This document shows, one piece after another, positions 50,410 through 62,572 of a stretch of 64,000 bases of DNA. Positions within the stretch are counted from its first letter, which is position 1; every line of letters starts with the position of its first letter. The position numbers and the translations under genes are program-made. Source of the stretch: Lama guanicoe (taxonomy: Eukaryota); contig MU054212.1 in NCBI GenBank assembly GCA_013239625.1, positions 8,455,084 to 8,519,083 of the forward strand, read 5' to 3'. The notes beneath the pieces were generated by a model. The model ran no database searches. It saw only the letters and a program-made list of their open reading frames with translations, and had not been told where the DNA came from.

Positions 50410-50735
50410 TTAAAAAAATTGAAGTATAGTCTATTTAAGTGTTGTGTTAATTTCTGGTGTAAAGCATAGTGATTCAGTTATACATACATACATATTCCTT
50501 TTCATATTCTTTTTCTCTATAGGCTATTACAAGATATTGACTTTAGTTCCCTGTGCTATACAGTAGTACCTTGTTTATTCTATATTTAGTGGTTGGTATC
50601 TGCAAATCCCGAACTCCCAATTTATCCCTCTACCCCCTCTCCCCAGCCCCCTGGTAACCATAAGTTTGTTTTCTATGTCCTTGAATCTGTTTCTGTTTTA
50701 TAAATAAGTTCATTTGTGTCATTTTTTAAAGTGCA
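50410..50735 (-). mobile_element. Younger cetartiodactyl/camelid-type L1 3' end, 5'-truncated
   Basis: ttgaagtatagt...gtgattcagttatacata...tattacaagatattga.t.tagttccctgtgctatacagtag...ggtaaccataagtttgttttcta. TSD tctccattt at 50401-50409 and 50736-50744. Confidence 0.88.
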
Positions 50736-52811
50736 TCTCCATTTCCTAAAAGGTCTTTCTATGCAGTTTTCTAGTTATTATAGGCAAAAGGATTAATTGA
50801 ATTTTTTTATGTTGATCTTGAATCCAGCAATCTTGCTAAAAGTTCTCATTGGCTTGAATTGTCTTTATTTTCTTGGTTTTTTTTTTTTTAATCATTTCTT
50901 TTGTTGTTCTGTTTTCTTCTTTCCAGTTCTTAAATATTTTGTTTCTTGTTTTACTGTTCTGAATAGGAATTCTAGTACATTGTTGGCAGGAAAAACTGAT
51001 AGAAGGCATTTTTGTCCTTTTCCTAACTTTGAAGGAAATGCTTTCAACACTTCACCAGTAAGTGTTTTATTTACTGTAGATTGAGGGCAGATATCGTTTA
51101 TCAGGTTAACAGAGTTCATTCTCACTTTTAGTTTCCTAGAATTTCTTTTGTTTTTGTTTTAAATATCATGAATGGGTGTTAGATTGTGTTATTTCACGTA
51201 AAAGTTAAGTCCCTTGCAACTGTATAGTTAAGCTTATTCCCACTCTATCCTTTGCTCTAATTTTATCAGATGTTACTTCATATTAATACACTGTACATTA
51301 CAAAGTTATAAATTTTGTTTTAATCAGCCATGTCTTTTAAGAAATCAAAAGGGAAAAAAATAAGCTTTTATATTTGCTCAGATACTTAACCATTGCTGAC
51401 ATTCTTCCTTTCTCCCTGCAGATCGGAGTTTCCATCTGGTGTCATTTTCCTTCTGCCCGAAAAACTTCGGTGAACGTTTCTTGTAGTGCAGGTCTGTGAG
51501 AGATGAGTTGTTTTGGTTTCTTCTTTATCTGAAAATGTCTTTGTTTCTGAGAAGTCATCCATTTTTTCTGTGTGTATAATATGTCTCCCCGCTGCCCCCT
51601 ACCCCTGGCTGCTTTCAGGATTAGAATTCTGAGTCTTTAGTTTTCAGCAGTTTGAAAACGATATGCTCCAGTTGTAATTTTCTTTGTATTTATCTTGCTT
51701 AGATTTCACTGATCTTAGATTTGCAGTTTTCTGTTTGCCACCAGCTGTGGACATTTTCAGCTGTTATTTTTATGTCTTGTTTTTCTGCACAATCTCCTCT
51801 GTGCCCTCCTTTCGGGACTCCAGTTTCACACAGGTTAAACTTCATGGTGTTGTACCTCTGCTCAGTGAGCTCACTGAGGCTCTCTGTTCATTAAGATATT
51901 TTTCTTTCCACTCAGATCTTCAGATTGGATAATTGCTTTTGATTGTCATCTTCAGGTGACTGACCCTGTATTCTGTTGTCTCTAATCTGCCGTTAAGCCT
52001 GCCGAGTGAATTTTTCATTTCAAACTGCATCTTTGTGTTCCACGTGGTTCCATATGGTTCCTTTTTATAGTTTTCCTTTGCCTGATGAGAGTCCCCTCTC
52101 TTTATTATTGGGTCCTTGAGCATATTTATAGTAGCTGTTTTATAACCCTTGAGTAATCTTGTGTTCAGTGTGTATTGACTGCTTTTTTTTCCTTGACTGT
52201 GGGTCACATTTTTCTGTTTATTTTCATGTCTAGTTTTTTTGTTTGTTTGTTTGTTTTTACTGCATATGGGGTACTGTGGATGTGTTTTTGTGTAGTTCTG
52301 TCTTGTTAAAGACTTCTGACTCTTTGTTACTCTAGCAGGAAGTCACCCAAACTCTGTTTCTGTGCACTGGGCAGCAGCTGATACCTTTGCTTAGTTCGTC
52401 CAGCCATCTGGCTGTTGCTTTCCTTCTGGGCCTCTGGGTTCTTTTCTGTGTTGTGTGGTCCAGGGCTCAGCTAAGGATTGTGATGCAGTTTACATATGTA
52501 TTTTGGGTTCCCTCTTTTCTAGGATATCCCTCTTTGCTTTCCAGGTGCTCTGTTAGCTCCAGGCTTCATCCTCTGATGCCTGCTCTGCATAGTGTAGGCC
52601 GGTATCGGCCCTCAGGCAAGCAGCTTTGTAAAGGCAAATCTCACCTAGCACAGAAACGCTCTTTCAAAGGCTTCTCTCTGGTTTCTGCCTTTTGACTGCT
52701 CTCCATTGCTTATAGTTGTTTTATATTTTGGCCAGAGTTTATGATTGTTTGTGGGAGGGTTAGTCTAGTATACGCTATTTAACCCTTCTGTGTGTGAATC
52801 TTCCATGCTTT

Positions 52812-53790
52812 TATTTTTTTTAAAGACTATCTTTTTAAAGCAATTTTAGGCTTTCAGTAAAATTGAGAGGAAGGTACGGAGATTTCAGTCTGTATGGCCC
52901 TGCCCTTCCAAGTGCGTAACCTCATTAGTAGCATCACTCACCAGAGTGGTGCCTTTTTTTTTCTTTTTTAAGCTAAAGATAAACCTACACTGACACATTT
53001 TAATCACTCGAAGTCCATAGGTTACCTAAGGGTTCACTCAGGAGTGTGTATTCTGTGGGTTTGGACCAAGGTATGAAGGCGTATATCCATCATTATAATA
53101 TCATACAGAGTATTTTCACTGCCCTAAAAGTCCTCTGTCCTCTATTTAGCCTGACCTTCAACCCCTACCCTTGACGACCACTGATCTTTTCATTTTTTTG
53201 GCTCCATAATTTTGCCTTTTCTGTCACGTCATGTAGTTGGAATCATATAGTATGTGGCCTTCTCTGATTGACTTCTTTCACGGTAATGTGCATTTGCTTT
53301 TCCTTCATGGCTTTTCATAGCTCATTTCTTTTTACACAATAATATTCCGTTGTCTGGATGTACCACAGTTCATTCATCCATTCACTTACTAAGGGATATT
53401 TCGTTGCTTCCAAGTTTCGGCAATTAAAGCTACTGTGTAAACATCCATGTGCAGGTTCTTATGTGGACAGAAGTTTTCAGCTTCTTTGGGTAAATATGAA
53501 GGCATGTGATTGCTGGATGGTATGAGGATATGTTTAGTTTTGTAAAAAACTGCTGAATGGTCTTCCACGGTGGCTGTATCATTGTGCATCCTCACCAGCA
53601 ATGGAGAATAGTTGCTGTTGGATGCGGGTTCCTTGCCAGTGTTTGGTGTTACCAGTGTTCTTGATTTTGGCCATGATAGCAGGTGTACAGTGGTACCTCA
53701 GTGCTCTTTAAATTGTGTTTTCCTGGTGACAGTGATATGGAGCATCTTTTCATATGTTTATTTGCCATCTGTATGTCTTTGGTGAGGTTG
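52812..53790 (-). mobile_element. L1MC-like 3' region
   Basis: aaaattgagaggaaggtac.gagattt...caccagagtggt...aacctacactgacacat...aagtccatag.ttac.taagggttcactc; minus-strand DHSAVFYKTKHIL. Confidence 0.88.
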
Positions 53791-54224
53791 CTTTCCTTTT
53801 AGCTTTTCTGAATCCTTATGCTTTTGGTGCATGTCTAAAGAGCATACAGCTTGTATTAAAAAAATCCAATCTGATAACTTTTAATGAATACATTTAGTCT
53901 TTCTTATCTTCATTTTAATTACTTATGTACAGGGATTTATTTCTACCATTTTGTTTTGTGCTTTCTATATTTGTGGATTTTTAAAAATGATTTAAAATTT
54001 CCTTCGTATTTTATTTTGAGATTGGTTTTCTTATTTCACCTCTTTTCAGTTTGGTTTTTAATTATACGTTTTTACTTAATTAGTTACCTTTTAATTAAAA
54101 AAAAGATCTTAAAAAGTCTGTAATTAATCAAATATCTCTGCCCTTTACCTAAACACAGCAACCTTAAAATGCTTTAATTTTGATTACTTTTGTTCCTTCT
54201 TACATGGTATTGCTTTCTGGTGTT

Positions 54225-55010
54225 TTTATTCATTTAACCAAATAATTATCGAACTCTTCTGCCGTGTGCCAAGTACTATTCCATGTGCTGTAGTAATAAT
54301 ATTAAACAGAATAAAGTCTCTGCCCCCATGAAGCTTATAGGATAGTTAATTAATTAATATATAGTGTGTTGTAAATTAGTATTTGGTGCTAGATGGAAAG
54401 TAAAGCATTAGGAAAAAATAATGACCTGGGGGTGGAGATGCTGTTTTGTATATGAGTTTCTGCTGTCTTGAGACATTTCATAAGGTTTGTAGGGCTCAAG
54501 TGTGAAAAACATGATTCCCATGCTGGAGAAAGTCGCATTCCAACCAGAGAGTCACGGGAGGAAGTTACAGATATGAGAGCTGTGGGCACATGGTGGGTGA
54601 AGCTTTACAGCTGGTAGGTTTCCCAAGGAGGCTGTGTAGAGCGTCGGGCAGCCTGTGGACAGATCCGGGCAGAGTGAGATGAGCAGTGAAGAAGGCTGCA
54701 GAGCATGCTTAGAAAAGAGGGATGACAAGGAATGACCCTTGAGCCAAGGAAAGAAGAGGTTACATTTTATTGGTAGCCTGCCTGGTCCACAGATAGTTTG
54801 AAGCCAAGACATCAAGTAGAATGAGTATGAGAAAGAAACTGATCGTGGTAATTTGGACATTAGAGTGACTTGATCAAAAAACAGTTTCCTTGAAGTGAAG
54901 CCAGACTACACTCGATTGAGGAGTTGAAAAATTGGAGACAGACAATAATGACTACTTGCACAGAGGTGGTAAAGGAAAAAAGAGAGAGCGACAGTTCGAG
55001 GGGAAGAGGG
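54225..55010 (-). mobile_element. L2 remnant
   Basis: attcatttaaccaaata.ttatcga...gtgtgccaagtactatt...aaagtctctgccc.catgaagctta; gtgacttgatcaaaaaacagtttc...aagccagact. Confidence 0.65.
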
Positions 55011-55974
55011 CAGTGTTGTGGAACTCAGGGCTAAGGTTGGCGTTTTGGCAAAATTCAGAACAAAACCTGGGAGACCTTGGGACCTCAATGGTCAGAATGT
55101 AGAATGGGCCTCTGGCCCGGAGGAAGGTCCTGCTGGATCCTTTGCTTGCCAGAAACTGCTCCCCAGGATCTCTGAGGTTTTCCACTGCTGATGGTGGCAA
55201 AGTATTTGCTTGCGTCTGAGTTCATGGTTGGGAGGAAATATGTAAATTTTCTGAAACCTCAGTGTTCCGTTGTAATGATTTGGCATTTGTATTCAAGAGA
55301 GAAAAGCCAAAACATGGGAAGACTTCCCTTGACCATTGCTCTTCCAGACTCCTTAGTGTGATAGTCAAGATTTCCCTTGTTCTGAACACACTCTTTCAAC
55401 CACCCCTCCCAGTTTCTGTCTGCTGTCCCTAGACGTCCCCTGAGTTTCCTGCCTCCCTGTTTTAGCTCACATTGTTTTGTCCACCTGAAGTACCCTTTTG
55501 CCTTTTCCTGACTCAAACCAATCCCCTACCAATTTCTCTCCTTCATGTGCTATCGTTTCCTGTAACTTGGCACCTGTTGCAAAGGTATAAAAGCATTTTG
55601 TAAATTGTAAAGTGCCACACAAACTTAGCGTCTGTCCTCCTGCACCGCAAGGTTGTTGAGGGCAGAAACTGAGCCATTCTCATATTCATGTACATCAAAC
55701 GACTTAGTGTTGTATCTTGTACATACTTCGCGTTTATTAAATGTTGAATGAATTAGGGATATGTGATTCTGTGGTAGCTTAAATAATGCTAAGAATGGTC
55801 ATGTTATACACTAGGTTCTAATTCACAGCTATTAAATTTATATTGAAATTCTGCTTCTGTGCAGTTTTCTGTAAAAATAGACTTTAATTTGGATCTTCCA
55901 CTGGTTCACATCTCATTTTTTTCTTCACTGGATACATACCTATCGTAATCAATAATTGTAGGTTGCAGAGTGAT

Positions 55975-56466
55975 GTCCTGGCATGTTTTTGACTGCAGTA
56001 GCAGAATACTCTGTGGTAACAAGAAGCCCGGACCTCGGGGATTTCAGGGTTAGCCTGGCAGTGTCCCCTCGATATTATCCGGGTCCCTTTTGCTGTCCAT
56101 GTTTTCACTTTGTCGTCCTTAGCGTGTTGATGTTGGCTTCCCTCATGACCTCAGGATGGTTGCAACACTTCTAAGTATGCTCTGCAAACAATACCCAAAG
56201 GCAGAAAAATACAGTTTACCCTTCAGCATCGCTGTGAGGGAGGACAGCTTTTCCTGAACGCTTCCCAGCAGATTTCCCCTCAGGTCCTGCTGGTCGAGAT
56301 TCGGTTATTTGCGCTGGCAGGAGGAATGGAACAGCCATGGTTGGCTTGGACCAGTCAGGAATAGGTAGTGTAGCAGAAAATGAGCACTTGAATTCAGTTG
56401 GGGGTCTAAAGGCTGTGAAAGATACGGGGATGGGGGTGCGATAAGAAACAAGGAGCATCTGCCATG
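55975..56466 (-). mobile_element. Old MaLR LTR (MLT1K/L-like)
   Basis: cctcatgacctcaggatggttgca...ccagcagatttcccctcag.tc...ccatggttggcttggaccagtca...agcatctgcca. Confidence 0.65.
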
Positions 56467-56589
56467 GGTGCTAACTTTGTGTCCTTGGCCTTCCCCCCCG
56501 GGAAGTTAATGTCCTCACAGATTTCTAAGGGGAGGAAAAACTCTTTATAGTATTTCCACTGAGCTTGGTGTTGGCTGTCCGTAATAATT

Positions 56590-56735
56590 TGTTCGTTGAC
56601 TCACTTATTCACGTAATAAACATTAACTGAACACATGCTGTGTGCCAGGTATTGTGCTCAGCATTGGGGAAGTAGCTGAGTGAGACTTGGTCCTTGTCCT
56701 CAGGGGGTGGCTGGCCTGCAGTCCAGTGGAATAGG
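56590..56735 (-). mobile_element. L2 3' end
   Basis: ataaacattaactgaacac.tgctgtgtgccaggtattgtgct...ggtccttgtcctca. Confidence 0.7.
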
Positions 56736-57586
56736 GAAGCTGAGGTAAGAGGGGAGGATAGAGTTATTCTGTAACAAACTGATTTTAGGAAATTTATTTT
56801 TCAACAGGAGATGTGGGACATGTGGATTTGGGATTTGAATTCATTTGAAAAGCCACTTTGGGGTAAGTTGGTAGCTGGGAGTAAATGACGCAGGGTTGTG
56901 CTTCTCTTTACACTGGGATTTGCTCTTACAGTGCTGTACGTTTCACACGTATGTTGATCGGACTTTATGCCTCATATACACACAAGAAAATGGCTCGTGC
57001 TAAAGTGCTAGTTTAGTAATCTGAGAACTAACCAGCAAGCAGAGCCCCGGTACTAATAGTGCATTCACGTCTCACTTGGGAGGTCAGTTTGAAGACTAAC
57101 TGAAGATCAAATTTAGGAATAGAAAGATTCTTGTGCGAGCTTAACCTGCTTGAGCTCACCTGATAATCCTGTCTGTGGATTGGAAGTCACTGGAAGTCAC
57201 TCACAGCGCCAGTGTTGAGGTGGAGGGTTAAAGCTGGTCTCTGAGCTGCTCTCTGCAGTGCTCCAGGTGGCCATTTGAATTCTCATTGTGTCAGTTCAAA
57301 TATAAAAGATTCCTGGTTTTTTGGTTTCATCTAAGAAAGAACCTCTAGAAATACTATTTAACATTTACCAGGTGTTTAGTAAATGGGTGTGTTGTGCATT
57401 ACTTTATTAATTCAGTGCAATGGGACCATAAGGTGGGTGTGTTTCTCATTCAGAGGAATAAAGAAGTCTAGGTTTATGCAAATAAAATACAATTGTTAGA
57501 CTCACATAAGTGATACGTTTTAGAATTTGAAATTTGAAATTCAGCATTTGGCCTAAGAGACACTCACTGCGATTGAAAATGCTGCT

Positions 57587-58126
57587 TGTGTTGGGTGTTC
57601 CCGAGACCAGCCCCAGGTTCAGTGATTGGCTAGGAGGGCTCACAGGATTCAGCATGTAGTCATAATAACGGCTAAGATTTAGTATGGCAGAAGGATGCAA
57701 AGTAATATTAGCAAAGGGAAAAGTGCATGGGGTGAAGTCTGGGGGAAACTAGTCACTAGTTCCAGGAGGTGAACGTAATTCCTCCAGCAGTGAATTTTGA
57801 CAACACATGTGAAGTGTTGTCAACCAGGAAAACTCATTAGACTCAGTGCCAGTGTTTTTATTGGACCCGATAGTGGAAGCACCCTCTGCTTAGCATGTAC
57901 CAAAATTTCAGGCTCCCAGAAGGAAAACGGATGTTTTGCATAAACTGTACTGTTTGCACAGACAGTTTAGGTGCAGTGAGCACACTTACCATTTAAGGTA
58001 AGTTTTATATCAGTGTAGGGACGATTATCATTCAAGTTCCCAGACTCCAGCCAAGGGCCAGTCTGGCACCAAGCCTTTCTAAGGACAGTAATCTCAGACC
58101 TTCCATCTTAGCTTTTATCCTATACA
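57587..58126 (-). mobile_element. ERVL solo LTR (MER68/MER21-like), 540 bp
   Basis: TG...CA ends with 5-bp TSD ctgct/ctgat; ccccaggttcagtgatt.gctaggagg.ctcacagga.tcagcat and caagttcccagac.ccagccaagggcca motifs. Confidence 0.85.
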
Positions 58127-58226
58127 CTGATGTTTAATCTAAGGATGTTGTTGTTATGATCATTTAGCTTCTGAAAAATAGTGAGGGAAGTGGGTATTAT
58201 GGCAAACCAAATTCTTCACCGGTGTT

Positions 58227-58803
58227 TGTTTTGAGGGTCCCACGACTGCCCACTGGTGTGATTTGCTGGAAGGACTCACACAAGTGCGCGTAGTGTTGTA
58301 CTCACGGCTACGTTTTGTTACAGCAAAGGATACAGTGCAGGAACAACAGGAAACAGATGTGTACAGGTGAATGCTAGAGAGATCAGGCAGGACTTCTGAG
58401 ACCCTCTGCGAGGATGGCAGGGACACGATTTTCTCTGTGGCTACGAGTGATAGAGCTTGTACAAGATGCGTTTGGCCGGGGAAGTACGTGAGTGTTACAG
58501 TCCAGAGTTCTTGCAGGAAGCTGTCCACATAGGCATATTCCTGCCACGTGGCCAGTCCTCGTAACTGAAACGTAGGGCCCAGACCAGATACCAGGTGCAC
58601 ATCATAAATCTTGGTGATTAAACATTGCTGACAGCCTGGTATATCCTGACCCACCACCTCTAACATCCTTAACCAGTGACTGAACATTCCAGGAGTTTAG
58701 TTCTCGGAGTTTGGCCAGGGGTCATTGCCAAGGCTCTAGTCATCCCCAAGGGGTTAGCAAGGACTGAGTAAAACAGACCTGCTGTGTTGACCCTTTCTTC
58801 ACA
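58227..58803 (-). mobile_element. ERVL solo LTR (MER77-like), 577 bp
   Basis: TG...CA ends with degenerate flanks gtgtt/gtatc; tgatttgctggaaggactcaca...tactcacggcta.g.ttt.ttacagcaaaggataca; agacctgctgtgttgaccctttcttcaca. Confidence 0.8.
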
Positions 58804-60029
58804 GTATCATACGTGAAATAATGTTGCATTTGCTGAATGCAGAATTTAATGCTGATATAGTCTTTAAAATATGATACTCTGTACTTAGAAAAAATAGTAG
58901 TAGAAATAGTTGACAGATTTCACTTATCTGGGGGGAGCTTTGTAGATTCTTTTCTTTTAGGGGTTTATATAATGGTGACTTTGGGATTTCCCTCTTTTGT
59001 CCGCAATATTTATATTATACACAGATGTGTTATGTTAAGGAATGATCCAGAAATATGAACTTAAAATAGTTAAATCAAGATAACACATAATTTACCTTTT
59101 TATGAAGGTCTGCCTTGTGAGAGGCTTTTAAACACAGTGGGGTCTCTCTTTTTTTTCAGTTTGCAGATTCACAGAAATAACAGTTTTACAGAAAGAAAAT
59201 AACCCGTAATTTTAAAACTGCCTGGTTCCAGGATGTGAAACCAATCTTTACTACTTTAGTTATTGCTATTTGAAACCTGCTTTGTGTTATGCAGAAAAGA
59301 AAAAGAAAAGACAAAGTAGATGGGGAGAGTTTCGTGCTTGAATATGAGAAGTTCTGAGTTAACACGGTTACATGGGTTTCCTTATTGTAGAACTTACAGA
59401 ACCTTTAGCGCAGTAATTTGCAGTGTGAATCTCCCAGAGTGAATAGAGTAACATTTCCTTAACTTATTTACAGAATTTCTTTAGGGAGGACTCTCAGGTA
59501 TGCATCCTGCAAACAGTGCTCTTTAGAACCAAATAGAAGGACATTGAGAAGCCCTCAAAAGATTTTAGCTAAAGGAGAGACAGAAACAAAACAACTATAG
59601 AAAAAATTTAAAGAAAACCTTATTGCAGAAGAGTTTAGTATCTTATACTGCCTGACAAAACCTGTTTAGAAGCTAACCTATCTGGATGTCTCTTTCCTGC
59701 CAGGTTTCCTGAGTTGATGTTTCTCTTTTGCAGTGTGAATGGCTTATCTCTTAGACTGGTATTTGATAGTGTGATAAGAGCTTCCATGGTGTGGATCATT
59801 GCCTTCATGCATAGATCTGTTGGAGGGTCTCTTACCCCATCCCTTTGCCTGGTTAGTACAATGCAAAGTTAGTGACTCTAGGTGTGGGTGCCTGACAATT
59901 CTTTGTTCTTGGGAGACAGGAGATAAGCGCCTAAGTGTACTCAGAAGTCGGAAGTTTTAGGGCCAAGAGATTGTTTCAGTTTTGCTATTTTGCTCAAAAG
60001 GTTGTTTCTAGATTTTGATGATTATGATT

Positions 60030-60640
60030 AAGCTCCTATAAAGATTTGCATACAAGCCTTTGTATAGATGTACATTTTCCCTTCCCTTAAGTAAATAGCT
60101 AGGAATGGAATTGCAGATTCTTGTGGGAAGAAACTGCCAACTGTTTTCCAGAGAGACTGTACCATTTTGCGTTCCACTGGCAATGTATTAGAGGTCCAGT
60201 TGCAGCAGTTCCTTGCTAACACTTGGTGTTTTTTTCTTTTCTGCTTTAGCTGTGTATGTTGGTGCATAGTGTTGTTTCATTGTGGTCTTAATGTGCAGCT
60301 CCCCAATAGCTAATGATGTTGAGCATCTCTTCACATGCTTGTTTGCCACCTGTATCGCTTTTTTGGTGAGGTGACAGTGCAAGCCTTTTGCCCATTTTAT
60401 TGGATTGGGCTTTTTTTAAAATTGTATCTTGAGAGTTCTTTATATATTCTATATACAAGTAATTTATCAGATACATAACTTGTAAATATTTTCTCCCAAT
60501 CTGTGACTTGTTTTTATTTTCTTGACTGTCTTTTGAAGAGCAGATTTTAAGTATGAGGTCGAGTTGATCAGTCTTTTTAATGATTTGTGCATCTTATTGT
60601 TCCTGTGTATGGAATCTTTACATAACCCACGGGCTGAAAG
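60030..60640 (-). mobile_element. L1M ORF2 C-terminal remnant
   Basis: Minus-strand IQVANKHVKRCSTSLAIGELHIKTTM and MVQSLWKTVGSF. Confidence 0.88.
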
Positions 60641-60957
60641 GTTTTTGCCTCTCCTTTATCGTCCTTTCCCCACACCGCTCTCCTCCTAAATGCACATACA
60701 CCCACTGCATCTCATCTTCAGTTTTAGAATCTAGTTGTGTTGCCTTGGAAAAATTAAATAGGAATGGGTACAAAGTTAAAAAGATTTACATTTAAGTGTT
60801 CTGGGCTGCAAGGATTGAAAAAAATAACAATCAGCAGATTTTAAAGAACACAAAGCCACATTCGAATCCCACATATTGCTCTAGCAGTCAGATTCCTTGC
60901 TTTGCCAATGGCCAAAAGAGGAAGATTTCCATGTAATGTGGCTTGAAATATAAATTT

Positions 60958-60969
60958 ATATATATATTA

Positions 60970-61002
<33 letters not shown>
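60958..61002. repeat. (TA)n(TC)n(TA)n compound microsatellite
   Basis: Read directly. Confidence 0.9.
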
Positions 61003-61006
<4 letters not shown>

Positions 61007-62468
61007 TCCAGAAAAGTGAGACTGTTGCTCCATGACCCCGTGCACTGTGATGCTTTTGATGCTCCCCTCACCCCAGCTACCTTAGGTGCCGGTAGCTGCT
61101 CACCACATGGGACACTGCGTCACATATGGAGTAAGTGTGATTTTGAGACAAGACTGTGACAGTAGAGTCCCTGTTCTCACTGTGCAGTCAGGGAGTGTTG
61201 GTTTGATGAGAGGAGGACTATAGGCAAGAGAGCAAAGTCCCCAGAGAGATGAGTAGAAATAATACATTATGTGTTTCTAAGTATCAGTGAGTATTTTGGG
61301 GGTGCTTTTCAGGTTGCTATTTAGCCACCTTGTGGAGTAGGCAAGGACTCGTATCTTTTTCGTAGATAAACTCTCTGGCCTGTCTTGGACTGTGCGGGTA
61401 AACCCCGCTCAGCTGCCTGCCAGGGAGCATGCCACATAAGGCCGCCCTTGTAAGAAGCCGCTCTGCTGCCGCTCAGCCCAGTCCTTCAGTGCGCCTGTCC
61501 GTGGGCTTTCGGTGTGGGGCCCCTGTGCCAAGAGTGTTTCCTCCACCTGCTCCTCTGAATGCCCTTGGCTCACCTCTCTCCTGATGAGCCTGCCTTTGAA
61601 CATTGTGTCTGCGGCTCGGTGGGATGACGCCCTACCTCTCCGAGGCCCCTCAGACTCCTCCAGAGCTCCCCAGAATGAGCGCCTATGTGCCAGAAATGTT
61701 TCTGGTCAGGGTGTCCCAAATGACTGCAAATTTGGTGACAGTTCCTCCAGTCATTTTCTCATGATATTTTAACAGATTGGGGCAGGGGGTGATGGTTAGA
61801 AACTAAAAATCGGGGGACATCTATAAAATTAAGGACTAGGTCTCAGATCTTGTGATGCCCTTTCTTTTCTGTTATACTTTTAATGAGTCCTTTTCTGAGT
61901 GGCTGGTGATGAGCATTTTTAGAATGGGATTCAGTGGAACAGAGGGACAAGAATCACCCCAATTAAACTGCTCTAGTACAGCTACCAGGAGAGTGCGTAT
62001 AAATCCTTGGGCCCCAGGAACTGAATGTGAGTTGTGGAAACGGACTGGGAATCACTAGTTTCTCAAACTCCTGTGGCAGTTAATGGCTTTACTTTTGCTT
62101 TAGTGTTTAATAGAACAGTTGAATAGAAGGCGGTTAAGTCCCATGTAAGATAGTAGCTCACTGTTTTTGCATTTTCCTAATTGTGGTGAATCAAGCACTT
62201 TTCTGCTGGTTTATTGATTCTTCAGGTTTCCTTTCTGCAAAGGGCTTGTTTACATCCTTTGTCCATTTTTCTCTTGGATCATGTATATTGATATTTGTAG
62301 GAGTTACTTTTTCTTGTTGCTATTAGTTTTTATGTATTTTACAAGTATTTTTTCAAGTCTGATTTTAAAACTATTCTTCATAGTAAAATTTCACATGCAT
62401 TTTAAATTAATCTTGCAGTTCATTCTTTACGTTCTGAATTTTTAAGTTTTTTTTTCTTTCTGTAGGTT

Positions 62469-62504
62469 ATGAACGTGATTTCTGATGAAACTGGATTGGA
62501 ATAA
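62469..62504 (+). promoter_or_regulatory. uORF1, MNVISDETGLE* (11 aa)
   Basis: ATG 62469 to TAA 62502-62504; G at -3. Confidence 0.6.
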
Positions 62505-62547
62505 TTTTCATGATCTTTGTATATTTATATATATATATATATTTTAA
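62485..62547 (+). promoter_or_regulatory. uORF2, MKLDWNNFHDLCIFIYIYIF* (20 aa)
   Basis: ATG 62485 to TAA 62545-62547; weak context (C at -3); crosses (AT)8. Confidence 0.5.
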
Positions 62548-62566
62548 AATTTTGCATTTGACTTAA
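62510..62566 (+). promoter_or_regulatory. uORF3, MIFVYLYIYIYFKILHLT* (18 aa), in frame with the CDS, stop 6 nt before the main ATG
   Basis: ATG 62510 to TAA 62564-62566; weak context (T at -3); crosses (AT)8. Confidence 0.5.
62527..62542. repeat. (AT)8 microsatellite in the 5'UTR
   Basis: Read directly. Confidence 0.95.
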
Positions 62567-62572
62567 AGTGCC

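Larger units (their letters stand above)
48450..52780 (-). mobile_element. Fragmented old antisense L1M(E) block with nested insertions
   Basis: gtacctagaagtgggatt.ctgag.cata...; minus-strand TLTGEVLKAFPSKLGKGQKCLLS (ORF2) and EMKNSLGRLNGRLETTE (ORF1 coiled coil). Confidence 0.8.
26535..62465 (+). other. GALNT1: GALNT1 intron 1 (35,931 nt, GT-AG)
   Basis: Donor at 26535, acceptor at 62465. The L1 and LTR elements inside are mostly antisense, as expected for a + strand transcript. Additional UTR exons are not excluded. Confidence 0.7.
62466..62572 (+). other. GALNT1: 5'UTR part of the GALNT1 first coding exon (107 nt)
   Basis: Strong acceptor gtttttttttctttctgtag (AG 62464-62465). The AT-rich UTR with an (AT)n run matches the GALNT1 mRNA leader as I remember it. 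Confidence 0.85.

Noticed and set aside
58160..58687. 175-aa minus-strand ORF
   Set aside because: Lies within a solo LTR; no gag, pol or env motifs.
26535..62465. Intronic miRNA (human GALNT1 intron 1 hosts MIR3975, from memory)
   Set aside because: No convincing match or pre-miRNA-length hairpin found by eye; an Infernal/BLAST search is needed.
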